Below are positions 21,449 to 31,823 of a stretch of DNA of 64,000 nt, piece after piece. Position 1 is the first letter of the stretch. Each line of letters opens with the position of its first letter. The notes below the pieces were generated by a model. It was given only the letters and a program-made list of their open reading frames with translations, had not been told where the DNA came from and did not search any database. The DNA is from Bacteroidota bacterium (lineage in GTDB: Bacteria; Bacteroidota; Bacteroidia; AKYH767-A; OLB10). Both the position numbers and the translations under genes were made by a program. The stretch covers positions 726,572 through 790,571 of the forward strand of contig JADJPB010000001.1 in NCBI GenBank assembly GCA_016713445.1. The letters are read 5' to 3'.

Positions 21449-22924
21449 TTAGTAATAGGTGAAACGAATTACATCTGCTAAATATTTAGCAAAACGAACT
21501 ACTTGTCGACTGTATCCATATTCGTTATCATACCAGATATAAAGAACCATACTCTTTTTATCCTTTGAAACGATGGTCGCAGGGGAATCGACAATGGATG
21601 CACATGGATTACCGATCAAATCAGAAGATACTAATTCATTCGAGCTAGAATATTGAATTTGTTCAATCAAATTACCACGCAAAGCTCCGTCCTTCAATAT
21701 ATCATTCACTTCATCTTTACTAACACCTTTCTTCATGGTCAAGTTTAAAATCGCCAAAGAAACATCAGGTGTGGGTACACGGACTGCATTACCCGTTAAT
21801 TTTCCTTCTAAAACTGGAAGTACTTTCGCTACAGCTTTATCTGCACCAGTCTCCGTAATAACCATGTTCATAGCGGCAGAACGTCCACGACGATATTTGC
21901 TATGATAGTTATCCAATACGTTTTGGTCATTGGTATACGAGTGAATGGTTTCAATATGTCCTCTTTCAATTCCTAAAGTACTTTCTATAACTGACAAGAT
22001 TGGAACAATAGCGTTTGTTGTACATGAAGCAGCAGAAAAGATCTTCTCATCATCAGCATGGTTCTTTTCATTGACACCATAAACTACATTTGGAATATCC
22101 CCTTTTCCAGGAGCTGTCAATAATACTTTGTCCACACCTTTTGCTCGCAAGTGCTTACTCAATCCTTCGCGATCTCGTGATACTCCGGTATTGTCAATTA
22201 ATAAAGCGTTGTTTATTCCCAAAGCCGCATAATCTACATCTTCAGGATTTTTAGCATCGATTACATAAATAGTATGTCCATTTACAATTAATGCTGATTT
22301 CTCATGGTCTTCGATTACCGTTCCTGGAAAAGGTCCATGTACAGAATCATTTCTTAATAACTCGGCACGCTTGCTTAAATCATCATCCGAACGTTTTCTT
22401 ACTACTATAGCACGTAATCGTAATTGCTCGCCTTTTCCGGCTTGTCCTACTAATTCTCGAGCTAAAATTCGACCGATACGACCAAAACCGTAAAGAATAA
22501 CATCTCTTGGGATCATCTTACGGCGATCTTTACCAATGAAATCACCAATTTTGCTAACTAAGAATGCATTTGTATCGTTGTTAAAGTCATTCTTTTCTGC
22601 TAACCACTCTGCTGCTATCTTTCCAATATCCAAACGAGAGGGAGCTAGATCCATTTCATTGATGGCGCGAGCTAAGGCCAAAGTATCAATCACAGAAATT
22701 GGCTTCTTTACGATATCGTGTGCATATTGATGTAAATTTAAAATCTGACTTGCACTGCGATCCACTAGTTGATTTCTGAAAATAATTAACTCAACCGATT
22801 TATTGAACCACAAAGAACCTGTTATGTGAATAAGTTCAATCGCCGCTTTTTCAAGTTCGATCCAATCGATCAGTTGCTTTTCATAATTTTCTTGACCAAT
22901 AGTAGGTGCTGTAGTTGTTGCCAT
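21449..22924 (-). CDS. glyceraldehyde-3-phosphate dehydrogenase family protein with an N-terminal extension of about 140 aa
   Basis: 491 aa; Rossmann segment VILYGFGRIGRILAREL; catalytic SCTTNAIVPILSVIE (Cys-containing) motif. Confidence 0.75.
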   Translation of the reverse strand: MATTTAPTIGQENYEKQLIDWIELEKAAIELIHITGSLWFNKSVELIIFRNQLVDRSASQILNLHQYAHDIVKKPISVIDTLALARAINEMDLAPSRLDIGKIAAEWLAEKNDFNNDTNAFLVSKIGDFIGKDRRKMIPRDVILYGFGRIGRILARELVGQAGKGEQLRLRAIVVRKRSDDDLSKRAELLRNDSVHGPFPGTVIEDHEKSALIVNGHTIYVIDAKNPEDVDYAALGINNALLIDNTGVSRDREGLSKHLRAKGVDKVLLTAPGKGDIPNVVYGVNEKNHADDEKIFSAASCTTNAIVPILSVIESTLGIERGHIETIHSYTNDQNVLDNYHSKYRRGRSAAMNMVITETGADKAVAKVLPVLEGKLTGNAVRVPTPDVSLAILNLTMKKGVSKDEVNDILKDGALRGNLIEQIQYSSSNELVSSDLIGNPCASIVDSPATIVSKDKKSMVLYIWYDNEYGYSRQVVRFAKYLADVIRFTYY

Positions 22925-23126
22925 TTTTTTCTTTTTTAATGAGATTGCAAAGATAAATCTATGATATGGATTCTGAAATCTATTTTGCTAAATGTAATTG
23001 TAAATTCTTAACACCATCTAAAAAACGTTAATAAATTCGATTTCTCATTTGAAATATCTAAATAGAACATTCAAAAACAGTAAGATATAAAAAAACCGGA
23101 GGCAAATTAATTGACTCCGGCTTTAG

Positions 23127-23201
23127 GGTGAATGAAGGGTTTCGAACCCTCGACCTCTAGATCCACAAACTAGCGCTCTAACCAACTGAGCTACATCCAC
23201 C
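23127..23201 (-). tRNA. tRNA-His (GTG)
   Basis: Minus-strand sequence GGTGGATGTAGCTCAGTTGGTTAGAGCGCTAGTTTGTGGATCTAGAGGTCGAGGGTTCGAAACCCTTCATTCACCC: extra 5' G(-1) pairing with C73, anticodon loop TTGTGGA, TTCGAAA T-loop; close to E. coli tRNA-His. Confidence 0.85.
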
Positions 23202-23295
23202 ATTTTGAAGGCTGCAAATGTAGTTAACTAGATCTTTGAAGCCAAAATGAATTGTAAATTTATTCGTTGTCATTTTTGCTCGTTACCTTTACACC

Positions 23296-25443
23296 ATGCC
23301 AAAAAAAATTCAACTTTCTGTTTCTGGAATGACTTGCGCCAGTTGTGCACAAAGCATTAGTAGAAAGTTGGAGTCGAATGGATTAAAGGATGTCTTAGTA
23401 AACTATAATAGTGGAGACGTTGAGTTTGAGACCATTGATGGAATTTCTACGGAACAAATTATTTCTGATATCAATGGATTAGGTTTCAAAGCTTCCATTT
23501 ATCAAGAAAAAAGTGCGAGTGACTTAAAAAAATGGAATTGGAATTCCACTGAAACTCTATTTTTAATTTCCGCCATATTCACCATTCCTTTATTATTACA
23601 TATGTTTATCCCTTTTCACCTTTTTCATCTTCCCCTTTTCCAATTCTTCATGACGTTGCCTGTAATGTTCATCGGTTTAAAACATTTTGGAAGGAGCGCC
23701 TGGGGTTCTGTTAAGACACGACATTTGAATATGGATGTGCTGATCAGTTTAGGATCCATCTCTTCCTTTGTTTATTCCATACTTTCTTGGTACTTTTTTT
23801 ATGGATCACCTAGCATTTCCAGTCAACTTTATTTCGAAACTGCGGCTACAATTATCACATTGGTATTGCTAGGAAATATTATCGAAAAAGGAAGTTTAAA
23901 GAAAACACAGTCTTCATTAACCCATCTCACAAAAATTCAACCTTTAAAGGCAAGAAAAATTGAGAATGCACTTACCGACAATGAATCGCTTGTAAATTTG
24001 TTAGCGCATCAGCTTAAATTGAATGATTTAATTCTGGTAAATACTGGCGATAAAATCCCTGCTGATGGACTTATTTACGAGGGAGAAGTAGAAGTTGATG
24101 AGTCGATGATGACTGGCGAAAGTTTACCCATAAAAAAAACAATAAATGATTATGTGCTTAGTGGAACCATCGTACTAAGTGGGTATATTAAAGTGATTGT
24201 AAAAGAGTCAGGAAGTAGTACCGTACTCAGCAAGATGATTGAAGTTGTTAAGACATCCGCTTTGCGTAAACCGGAAATTCAACGTCTGGGAGATGTGGTT
24301 AGCTCGTTCTTTGTTCCCGTCGTGGTATTCATTTCTTTTGTCACTTTCTTTATATCCTATTTTAATTTAGAATTATCTTTTTCCGATGCCTTATTAAGAA
24401 GTATTGCTGTATTAGTAATATCTTGCCCTTGTGCCATGGGATTAGCTACTCCCACCGCAGTGGCAGTTGGAATTGGACGAGCAGCAAGAAGTGGAGTATT
24501 AGTAAAAGGAGGCGATACATTAGAAAAGTTGAGTGGGATAAAACAAATTATTTTCGACAAGACGGGGACTCTAACACAAGGGAAAATTTCGGTGAAGGAA
24601 ATTAATTACATACATTCAGATAAAAAAAGGACCGAATTTTTGATGAGTATTATGGAAAAGTATTCGAATCATCCCTACGCAAAAGTTTTATCTGAAAAGT
24701 TTGCGGACGTACCTTATCTGCCCATTCAATTTCAGGAGATCAACGAAGTTGCGGGCCATGGAGTTTTTGCAAAAGACAAAGAGCAAAATATTTATAAAAT
24801 CGGATCGCAACGATTTACTGAAGCTCCGGTTTCTATTGAAGGCCATCAAGTGTATGTGAGTATAAACAGTCAAATTATTGCAACTGTTGATTTCGAAGAT
24901 CCGGTTCGGGACGATGCATTATCTATGGTAACTTTTTTTAAAGAGCAAGGAATAAAAACCATTCTTTTAAGTGGCGACCTTCCGAAAATTTGTGATTCGA
25001 TCGGGCAATACTTAGGGGTTGACGAAATTTATTCATCTCAACTTCCACAAATGAAAGTTGATGTTGTAGAAAAGTATCAACTCCAAGGTAAAACCGCTAT
25101 GGTGGGGGATGGAATCAATGACGCGCCCGCTTTAGCGATCGCAGAAGTAGGAATTGCAGTTAATTCAGGAACACAAATAGCCATACAAACGGCTGATATT
25201 GTTTTATTAAGTCAGCATGAATTAAATGGTTTGAGCTTAGCTTATTCTATCTCCAAAGAAACTTTACGAACCATAAAACAGAATTTATTTTGGGCTTTAG
25301 GCTATAATGTTGTAGCGATTCCTTTAGCCGCTTTAGGATATTTAAATCCGATGCTTGCCTCATTGTCTATGGCTTTTTCAGATGTAGTAGTAATTGGCAA
25401 TTCCTTACGCATTCATTTTAAAAAACTTCCTTTAATAAGTTAA
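23296..25443 (+). CDS. heavy-metal (Cu+-type) P1B-type translocating ATPase
   Basis: N-terminal HMA domain GMTCASCAQ; CPC motif (VISCPCAMGLATP); DKTGTLT phosphorylation site; GDGINDAPAL hinge. Confidence 0.85.
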   Translation: MPKKIQLSVSGMTCASCAQSISRKLESNGLKDVLVNYNSGDVEFETIDGISTEQIISDINGLGFKASIYQEKSASDLKKWNWNSTETLFLISAIFTIPLLLHMFIPFHLFHLPLFQFFMTLPVMFIGLKHFGRSAWGSVKTRHLNMDVLISLGSISSFVYSILSWYFFYGSPSISSQLYFETAATIITLVLLGNIIEKGSLKKTQSSLTHLTKIQPLKARKIENALTDNESLVNLLAHQLKLNDLILVNTGDKIPADGLIYEGEVEVDESMMTGESLPIKKTINDYVLSGTIVLSGYIKVIVKESGSSTVLSKMIEVVKTSALRKPEIQRLGDVVSSFFVPVVVFISFVTFFISYFNLELSFSDALLRSIAVLVISCPCAMGLATPTAVAVGIGRAARSGVLVKGGDTLEKLSGIKQIIFDKTGTLTQGKISVKEINYIHSDKKRTEFLMSIMEKYSNHPYAKVLSEKFADVPYLPIQFQEINEVAGHGVFAKDKEQNIYKIGSQRFTEAPVSIEGHQVYVSINSQIIATVDFEDPVRDDALSMVTFFKEQGIKTILLSGDLPKICDSIGQYLGVDEIYSSQLPQMKVDVVEKYQLQGKTAMVGDGINDAPALAIAEVGIAVNSGTQIAIQTADIVLLSQHELNGLSLAYSISKETLRTIKQNLFWALGYNVVAIPLAALGYLNPMLASLSMAFSDVVVIGNSLRIHFKKLPLIS

Positions 25444-25448
25444 TTTTA

Positions 25449-26741
25449 ATGATAAATATTTTCAAAAAACTATCCATCACAAATGGATTCCAAATCTTTC
25501 AAATGCTAAGGTTTGCAGCTTTATTAGTTTCAGGAATTCTTCTTTCTAAAAGTGACATTTCCATTAGTGCTATAGGGACCTATGAAGGGTTGATTTTCTT
25601 GAGTGGAGCTTTGAGTTTTTTTTGGGTAAATGGTATATTGAATACACTTTTGAGTCATTACAAAGTGAACGAAAACAATAATAAATCATTTTTATTTAAT
25701 ACAGTATTTCTTTTAATTGCAATGAGTGCTTTCTTAATATTAATTTTAATGATTTTTAGAAATGCGGCTTCAAATTTCCTGCCTGATTGCACTCCAGAAT
25801 TATTCACATTACTGTTGACTTATATTTTTCTGAACAATCCAACTTTTCTTCTTGAGCACATTTTTCTATTGAAAAATAAAGTGAACCATTTAATTAGTTA
25901 TGGTGTATTTCATTTTCTTGGATATATAGCTGCAGTTACATTGCCTGTATGGATGGGATTCGAAATTACGTACAGTTTATACGGACTCATTCTACTCTCA
26001 ACCATTAAATTTATATTGTTAGGATTCATTGTTCATAAAGAAGATCCTTGCAACTTTGATAAAAATACAATTCTGAAATTAATTTCATTTGCTTCTCCTT
26101 TGATACTAAGTTTTGCAATAGCAGGTTGTGCTGAATATATTGATGGATTTTTGGTAAGTACACATTTTGGAAGCGATCAATTTGCCATCTTTCGATACGG
26201 CGCTCGTGAATTACCTTTAGCCGTTTTGCTTTCTAGCTCTTTAAGTACATCTTTTATTCCTCGATTGCAACCACTTAACAATACGTTTGAGCTCGGAAAT
26301 TTGAGAAAAGAAGCTGGAAAATTGATGCATGTACTTTTCCCCATTAGCATACTTTTACTTTTTTTTAGCGATGAATTCTACCCTATTATTTTTAGAGCTG
26401 AATTTGTTGCCAGTGCTCCTATTTTCAATACTTATATTCTTCTTTTGGTGAGTAGAGTTTTGTTTCCTCAAACACTAATATTAGCTTCGGGCAAAACGAA
26501 AGTCATACTTGGAATTGCCTTAGTTGAATTAGCAATTAAGTTTTCATGTAGTTATTTTTTAATGCTAAATTTTGGACTTATTGGAATTGCTGCGGGTACT
26601 GTAATAGCATTTTATGCTGAAAAAATAATTTTGATAATTTATGTAAAAAGAAAATTAGGCATTGCTATTTCCAATTATTTACCTATTAATCGATGGATTT
26701 TCTATTCTTCTTTGCTACTTCTTATCTATTTTTTTAACTAA
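25449..26741 (+). CDS. polysaccharide/oligosaccharide flippase family membrane protein (Wzx/MOP superfamily)
   Basis: 430 aa with about 12-14 hydrophobic segments; typical flippase topology; no catalytic motifs. Confidence 0.5.
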   Translation: MINIFKKLSITNGFQIFQMLRFAALLVSGILLSKSDISISAIGTYEGLIFLSGALSFFWVNGILNTLLSHYKVNENNNKSFLFNTVFLLIAMSAFLILILMIFRNAASNFLPDCTPELFTLLLTYIFLNNPTFLLEHIFLLKNKVNHLISYGVFHFLGYIAAVTLPVWMGFEITYSLYGLILLSTIKFILLGFIVHKEDPCNFDKNTILKLISFASPLILSFAIAGCAEYIDGFLVSTHFGSDQFAIFRYGARELPLAVLLSSSLSTSFIPRLQPLNNTFELGNLRKEAGKLMHVLFPISILLLFFSDEFYPIIFRAEFVASAPIFNTYILLLVSRVLFPQTLILASGKTKVILGIALVELAIKFSCSYFLMLNFGLIGIAAGTVIAFYAEKIILIIYVKRKLGIAISNYLPINRWIFYSSLLLLIYFFN

Positions 26742-26981
26742 CAACTGTTAATAGTTAACTACAAATTACTAAATTTCAGCTATATAGATAATCTAATTCC
26801 AAAAATGAATTCTATCGAAAATGAAGAAAGTTCGATACTTGATTTTTTTTATGCTAAATTCTACTACTTTTGTGGGAGGAATGTAAAATTTATTGTTTTG
26901 ACTACCTAAATATCTGTTAAAGTAGTTAATTTTACAATTGCACAAAATAACCTCTGTTAAACCTATAAACAAATTAAAAAA

Positions 26982-28948
26982 ATGAAAAAACTACTACTAA
27001 GTATTATGGCGGTGGGCTTGATGACTTCTGGTGCATCTGCACAAGCAGTGAGTTCGTCAACCAAAATTGCCAAAGCAAATTTTAAAGAAGAAATTAAGCG
27101 TGCTTATGTGCCAACTGAAAAAGCATCTTCTACAACTCCAAAAGCTGTAGTAAATCGTCCGAAAAGCACCAAAGTTAACCCGAACGCGCAGAAAGCTGCC
27201 GTTGTAGGTAAATCATCAATCTCTACTACTCATAACATTTATGGAAGTTTAGTATCAGAAGGTGGTTTATTAAATTACAATCCACAATTAAATGTTTTGT
27301 CTTATACGGATAGAAAGCCTATCGGTGTAGTTGATGCCACTTTAATGTATAATAGCGGTACTGTTGTTACAAGAACTTCAACAAATGGAGGAACCACATG
27401 GGACACTACGTTAGTAGTTCTACATAATACTACTTCCTTTACGCGTTACCCACAAGGAGCTATTTTAAATCCTCCTGGAAACATGGTTGTTCTTGATGCT
27501 TATGCTGCTGCTACTGCGCCATTGATTAACGGAACAATTTGGGATGGTATCGCTATTGGTTCTATTAAGCTTGATGGAACTAATAAAGTTCAGTATGATA
27601 TCCCTGCTTCTATCGCTACAGTACAACAAGACATGCCTCGTTTAGGTATGAACGCTGATTCAAATGGTCATGCTTATTCATTAGGAAGTAATTATGATTT
27701 CGATGCAACCGTTCCTTATTTTGATGGATTTGTTGTAAATCGTGCGGTTTGGAATTCAGTGAATAGCAGTGTTGATTGGGATCATACAAATATTTATCAT
27801 GCTTTCTCACATGATCCAATTGATGATAGCCAAAATTTCTCTTCATTAGGAAATATGGCATTTTCACCAGATGGATTAACTGGCTATGTTCTAACTATTG
27901 GTCGTGATTCATTGAATGATTATTTAGCGCCAATGCCTATCATTTACCGTACTACTGATGGTGGAGCTACTTGGTCATTCTATAGTGCGTTGGATTATTC
28001 TCCTATTTTTGCTAATGTATTTACGCCAAACGGTGCAGGTACTCGTCCATTCTATACTGCAAAAAATGGATTTGACGTAGCAGTAGATGGAAATGGAAAA
28101 ATCCACATTTTATGTGAGGTAGCTCAAGCAGCTTCAAATCATCCTGATTCTTTAAACTGGGCTGGTTTCAATGGTGATTTGTATGATACTTATGAAGATG
28201 CTAATGGTTTATGGGGTGCTGTTAAAGTTGGAACTGTAGTTGCTGAGCCAGCTGAAGATCCAAATTCATTAGGTTGGGCTGTAACCTGGGATGCTCGTGC
28301 ACAAATCTGTGCTAACTCTACAGGTATGAAAATGGCTTATACTTGGATGGATACTGATGTAACAATTTTTACAGCCTTCAATGAGAATCCAAATATCAAA
28401 GGTGCTTCTGCAGATTTCTCTAGTAATTTATCGTCAAATGAAATTAACTTTACTGAAGGTACTGCTTGGGATGCAAATAACTATTGGATTTATGTTTCTA
28501 ATTTAGGATGGGATAACGGAACTGATTTTATTGTTCCTGTAAAATCAGCAGTTCCATTAAATTCTGGTGCCCTTGATACTGACCCATGGTTACATGAATA
28601 CGTTTCAGGAATTCAATACGCCCCTGCTGATTATGTGAATCCACTTCCTCCTACTTTCTCTCTTACTGGAATTAATGAAATTCAAAATGCAACTATTGCT
28701 AAATTGATCTATCCAAATCCAGCTACTGAAAAGGCTACAGTTACTCTTAACCTTTAAACAAACGCTAATGTTTCAGTTTCAGTAATGAACGTTATGGGTC
28801 AAGCTGTTAAAACTGCTACAATCGGTAACTTAAGTACTGGTGTTCAAACATTCTCAGTTGATGTTGCAGATCTTTCTACAGGTTTATATATCGTAAATGT
28901 AACTGTTGGAACTCAGGTTATTTCTCAGAAATTAAACATTCAACGTTA
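26982..28948 (+). CDS. BNR/Asp-box repeat secreted protein with a T9SS C-terminal sorting domain, interrupted by an in-frame TAA (28755-28757) and a 1-bp deletion (TT for TTT at about 28921)
   Basis: Signal peptide MKKLLLSIMAVGLMTSGASAQA; Asp-box-like STNGGTTWD and TTDGGATWS; then …IYPNPATEKATVTLNL*TNANVSVSVMNVMGQAVKTATIGNLSTGVQTFSVDVADLSTGLYIVNVTVGTQVI… The canonical CTD end …SQKLNIQR* appears only after restoring one T. Confidence 0.75.
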
Positions 28949-28972
28949 ATTTTTTAACTTAATTCACAAAAA

Positions 28973-29008
28973 AAACCCAGCTAATTAGCTGGGTTTTTTT
29001 TGTGAATT
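28973..29008. terminator. bidirectional rho-independent terminator
   Basis: aaaaaaaacccagctaattagctgggttttttttgtg. Confidence 0.7.
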
Positions 29009-29013
29009 GTTTT

Positions 29014-29730
29014 TTATCTGATATCGAATAATGAAATTAAACCAATTGTTCTTTCTACTGTAAAGCCTTCTGCATACTGAAATCCTGATTGTCTTCCCAT
29101 TTCTATTGATCTCCCATATAAAAATTCCAGAAAATCTTTAGAAGAAATTGCTGTCTCCGGCTCGTTTGATTGCGGGTCATAAAATTGACTTTTAAATGCC
29201 ATAACTGCTTTCATTTTAACTTCCATATGATCAGTAATGTCTACAACAAAATCTGGATGTATATGTCGATCTTGAATATAATGATAGATGGCTTTAGGCC
29301 TCCAAGGAGTTTGTTTCATTCCGTTAAATGAAGTACTAACTTTCACTAAACCACTTAAAAAAATAGCGTCCGAAACTAATTTACTACCTTTTCCATGATC
29401 TGGATGTCGATCGTTGATAGCATTACACAAAATAATTTCTGGCTGAAATAAGCGTATTTGTTGTACCAAGGCCATTTGATGTATCTCATCATTGCTGAAA
29501 AATCCATCTTTGAAACCCATGTTTACACGAAATTCAAGGCCCAAAAAGGATGCACTTTCTGCAGCTTCTAAATCGCGTAATTCGGCAGAACCTCTAGTTC
29601 CAAGCTCGCCTCTTGTCAAATCTATAATACCTACTTTCCGTCCAGCAGCAATTTCTTTGCTTACAGTTCCTCCAGCACCTAATTCAACATCATCTGGATG
29701 TGCTCCAATTGCTAATATGTCTATTTTCAT
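29014..29730 (-). CDS. bshB1: PIG-L/LmbE family deacetylase, bacillithiol biosynthesis deacetylase BshB1-like
   Basis: MKIDILAIGAHPDDVELGAGGTV…, the characteristic N-terminal metal-binding motif. Confidence 0.7.
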   Translation of the reverse strand: MKIDILAIGAHPDDVELGAGGTVSKEIAAGRKVGIIDLTRGELGTRGSAELRDLEAAESASFLGLEFRVNMGFKDGFFSNDEIHQMALVQQIRLFQPEIILCNAINDRHPDHGKGSKLVSDAIFLSGLVKVSTSFNGMKQTPWRPKAIYHYIQDRHIHPDFVVDITDHMEVKMKAVMAFKSQFYDPQSNEPETAISSKDFLEFLYGRSIEMGRQSGFQYAEGFTVERTIGLISLFDIR

Positions 29731-29806
29731 AAAATCTTATTTATTAGAATGACCAAAAATAATAGAACTAACCAATAACGATAAAAAAATAACGAATTTT
29801 GCAACA

Positions 29807-30472
29807 ATGAAAGTAGTCCTCAAACAATATTTCCATCTAGTAAATCATGAATTACGCTTAGAGTTTAACAATCAGCATGCCTTGATGAGTTTATTGGTTT
29901 ATTCTTTAGCTACTATTTTTATCGCTTACATTAGTTATCGTCAGTCGCTAGATCCAATTACTTGGAATGCACTGTTTTGGATAATCATGCTCTTTGCTGC
30001 TACCAATGCTATTGCAAGAAGCTTTATTCAAGAGAGTAAAGGACTCCAGTTGTTTCATTATACTTTTATGAACCCATCGGTCGTAATTCTTGCAAAAACA
30101 ACCTATAACGTCCTCCTTCTTTCATTCCTTGGTGTGATCAATCTTGTCGCATTTTCGCTTTTCTTTTCCCTTGACATCAATGATTTTGGGCAATTCATCC
30201 TTGGACTTCTTCTCGGCAGTTTTGGTTTGTCGGCAGTATTGACACTTGTGTCTGGAATCGTTTCTAAAGCACACAATCAATCAGCTCTGGTGGCTATATT
30301 AGGGTTTCCTTTGCTTTTCCCTCTTCTTATTACCATCATTAAATTTTCTGGAAATGCCATTCGAGGCGTTGAATGGACTTTAAATCAACCTAATTTTTTT
30401 CTCCTAATTGCGTTGAATAGTATAATTGTAGCCCTCTCCTTTCTCTTGTTTCCCTACCTTTGGAGAGATTAA
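29807..30472 (+). CDS. ccmB: heme exporter permease CcmB (System I cytochrome c maturation)
   Basis: 221 aa, 6-TM; position and size match CcmB, immediately upstream of ccmC. Confidence 0.6.
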   Translation: MKVVLKQYFHLVNHELRLEFNNQHALMSLLVYSLATIFIAYISYRQSLDPITWNALFWIIMLFAATNAIARSFIQESKGLQLFHYTFMNPSVVILAKTTYNVLLLSFLGVINLVAFSLFFSLDINDFGQFILGLLLGSFGLSAVLTLVSGIVSKAHNQSALVAILGFPLLFPLLITIIKFSGNAIRGVEWTLNQPNFFLLIALNSIIVALSFLLFPYLWRD

Positions 30473-31164
30473 AATTGGATAAAGTGAAGTCTACAATTGC
30501 AAGATCTTGGTGGTGGAAAATCACCGCCCTCGTCCTTCTTTTTTACACCTACTATGAAGGTTTTTTGGGGGAAGTTCCACGAATGCCAATTCTAAATGAA
30601 ACGATTAGGAATTTATACTTCCATGTTACCATGTGGATGGCAATGTTGGTATTAATGATTTGCAATGCTTTTTATGGGATCATCTATTTGAACAAGTCGG
30701 ATTTGCATTTTGACCTAGTTGCTGAAGAATCTGGCCGTATGGCAATGATTTTTGGAATTGCTGGACTTATCACAGGCATGGTATGGGCGAATTACACCTG
30801 GGGGGCTCCTTGGGTGAATGACCCTCAATTAAATGGAACTGCGGCCTCCTTACTGGTTTACGCAGCCTATTTTATATTAAGAAATGCACTTCCAGATAGT
30901 ACCAAGCGTGCTCGATTAGCAGCTGTGTATGGTATCTTTGCGTTTGTAATGATGATTGTATTCATTATGGTGCTTCCAAAAATGTCCGATTCGTTGCATC
31001 CTGGAAAAGGAGGAAATCCAGGGTTCAATAAGTACGATTTGGATGCAAATATGAGAATGGTCTTTTATCCAGCAGTAATTGGCTGGACATTGCTGGGCGT
31101 TTGGATGATGAGTTTACGAGTGCGTTTTCGAAAAATGGAATTGAAAAATGAAGATCAACAATAA
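30460..31164 (+). CDS. ccmC: heme exporter protein CcmC
   Basis: Trp-rich WWD-type motif (…ANYTWGAPWVNDPQLNG…); 234 aa; overlaps ccmB by 13 nt. Confidence 0.75.
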   Translation: MERLKLDKVKSTIARSWWWKITALVLLFYTYYEGFLGEVPRMPILNETIRNLYFHVTMWMAMLVLMICNAFYGIIYLNKSDLHFDLVAEESGRMAMIFGIAGLITGMVWANYTWGAPWVNDPQLNGTAASLLVYAAYFILRNALPDSTKRARLAAVYGIFAFVMMIVFIMVLPKMSDSLHPGKGGNPGFNKYDLDANMRMVFYPAVIGWTLLGVWMMSLRVRFRKMELKNEDQQ

Positions 31165-31375
31165 TATGAAACAATATTTAGTCCTGTTTGTATTCCTAAT
31201 AATAAACCTTCCTTCAGCAGTTGCACAAGAAGTTGAGATGGGGGATGTAATGCGTTCTGAAGGAAAAATATATGTAGTAGTAGCTGTAGCATTTATCGCG
31301 CTCGCCATCTTGAGCTTCTACATGATTCGCATTGATAGGAAAGTTTCCAAATTAGAAAAAGAATTGAATAAGTAA
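31148..31375 (+). CDS. ccmD: CcmD-family small membrane protein (Bacteroidota type)
   Basis: 75 aa; signal/TM segment, then …MRSEGKIYVVVAVAFIALAILSFYMIRIDRKVSKLEKEL; position between ccmC and ccmE. Confidence 0.55.
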   Translation: MKINNNMKQYLVLFVFLIINLPSAVAQEVEMGDVMRSEGKIYVVVAVAFIALAILSFYMIRIDRKVSKLEKELNK

Positions 31376-31386
31376 AATTAAATAGC

Positions 31387-31806
31387 ATGAAGAAAGTTCA
31401 TATCATCGGAATAGTAGTTATTGCAATAGCACTAGCGGTGATAGTTAGCACCATCAGTAATTCGAGTACCTACGCACCGTTCAGAACAGCTATTGAAAAT
31501 GAAGGTAGTACTTTCCATATTGTGGGCAAGTTAAATAAAGACAAAGAATTTATTTATAATCCTGAAGTCAATGCAAATCTTTTTGGGTTTTATTTAGTCG
31601 ATAATGAAGGTCTGGAGAAAAAAGTTTTATTCAACGGAAGCAAACCGCAAGATTTTGAACGCTCAGAACAAATAGTTGTCATAGGGAAAATGAGCGGGGA
31701 TGAATTTCATGCTAGTCAAATTTTGATGAAGTGTCCTTCTAAGTATAACGGTAATCAGCAAGATCAATTGAATGCTGTTTCAGATGAATCAGAAACGGAG
31801 AGTTAA
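31387..31806 (+). CDS. ccmE: cytochrome c maturation heme chaperone CcmE
   Basis: N-terminal TM anchor plus OB-fold (…FHIVGKL…LVDNEGLEKKVLFNGSKPQDF…VVIGKM…FHASQILMKCPSKY). Confidence 0.65.
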   Translation: MKKVHIIGIVVIAIALAVIVSTISNSSTYAPFRTAIENEGSTFHIVGKLNKDKEFIYNPEVNANLFGFYLVDNEGLEKKVLFNGSKPQDFERSEQIVVIGKMSGDEFHASQILMKCPSKYNGNQQDQLNAVSDESETES

Positions 31807-31823
31807 ATTAAAATAATTAAATA

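Noticed and set aside
28755-28757. Stop-codon reassignment (TAA read as sense) to explain the in-frame TAA
   Set aside because: TAA is used as a genuine terminator by rpsO, the sigma paralog, ccm genes and others in the same window.
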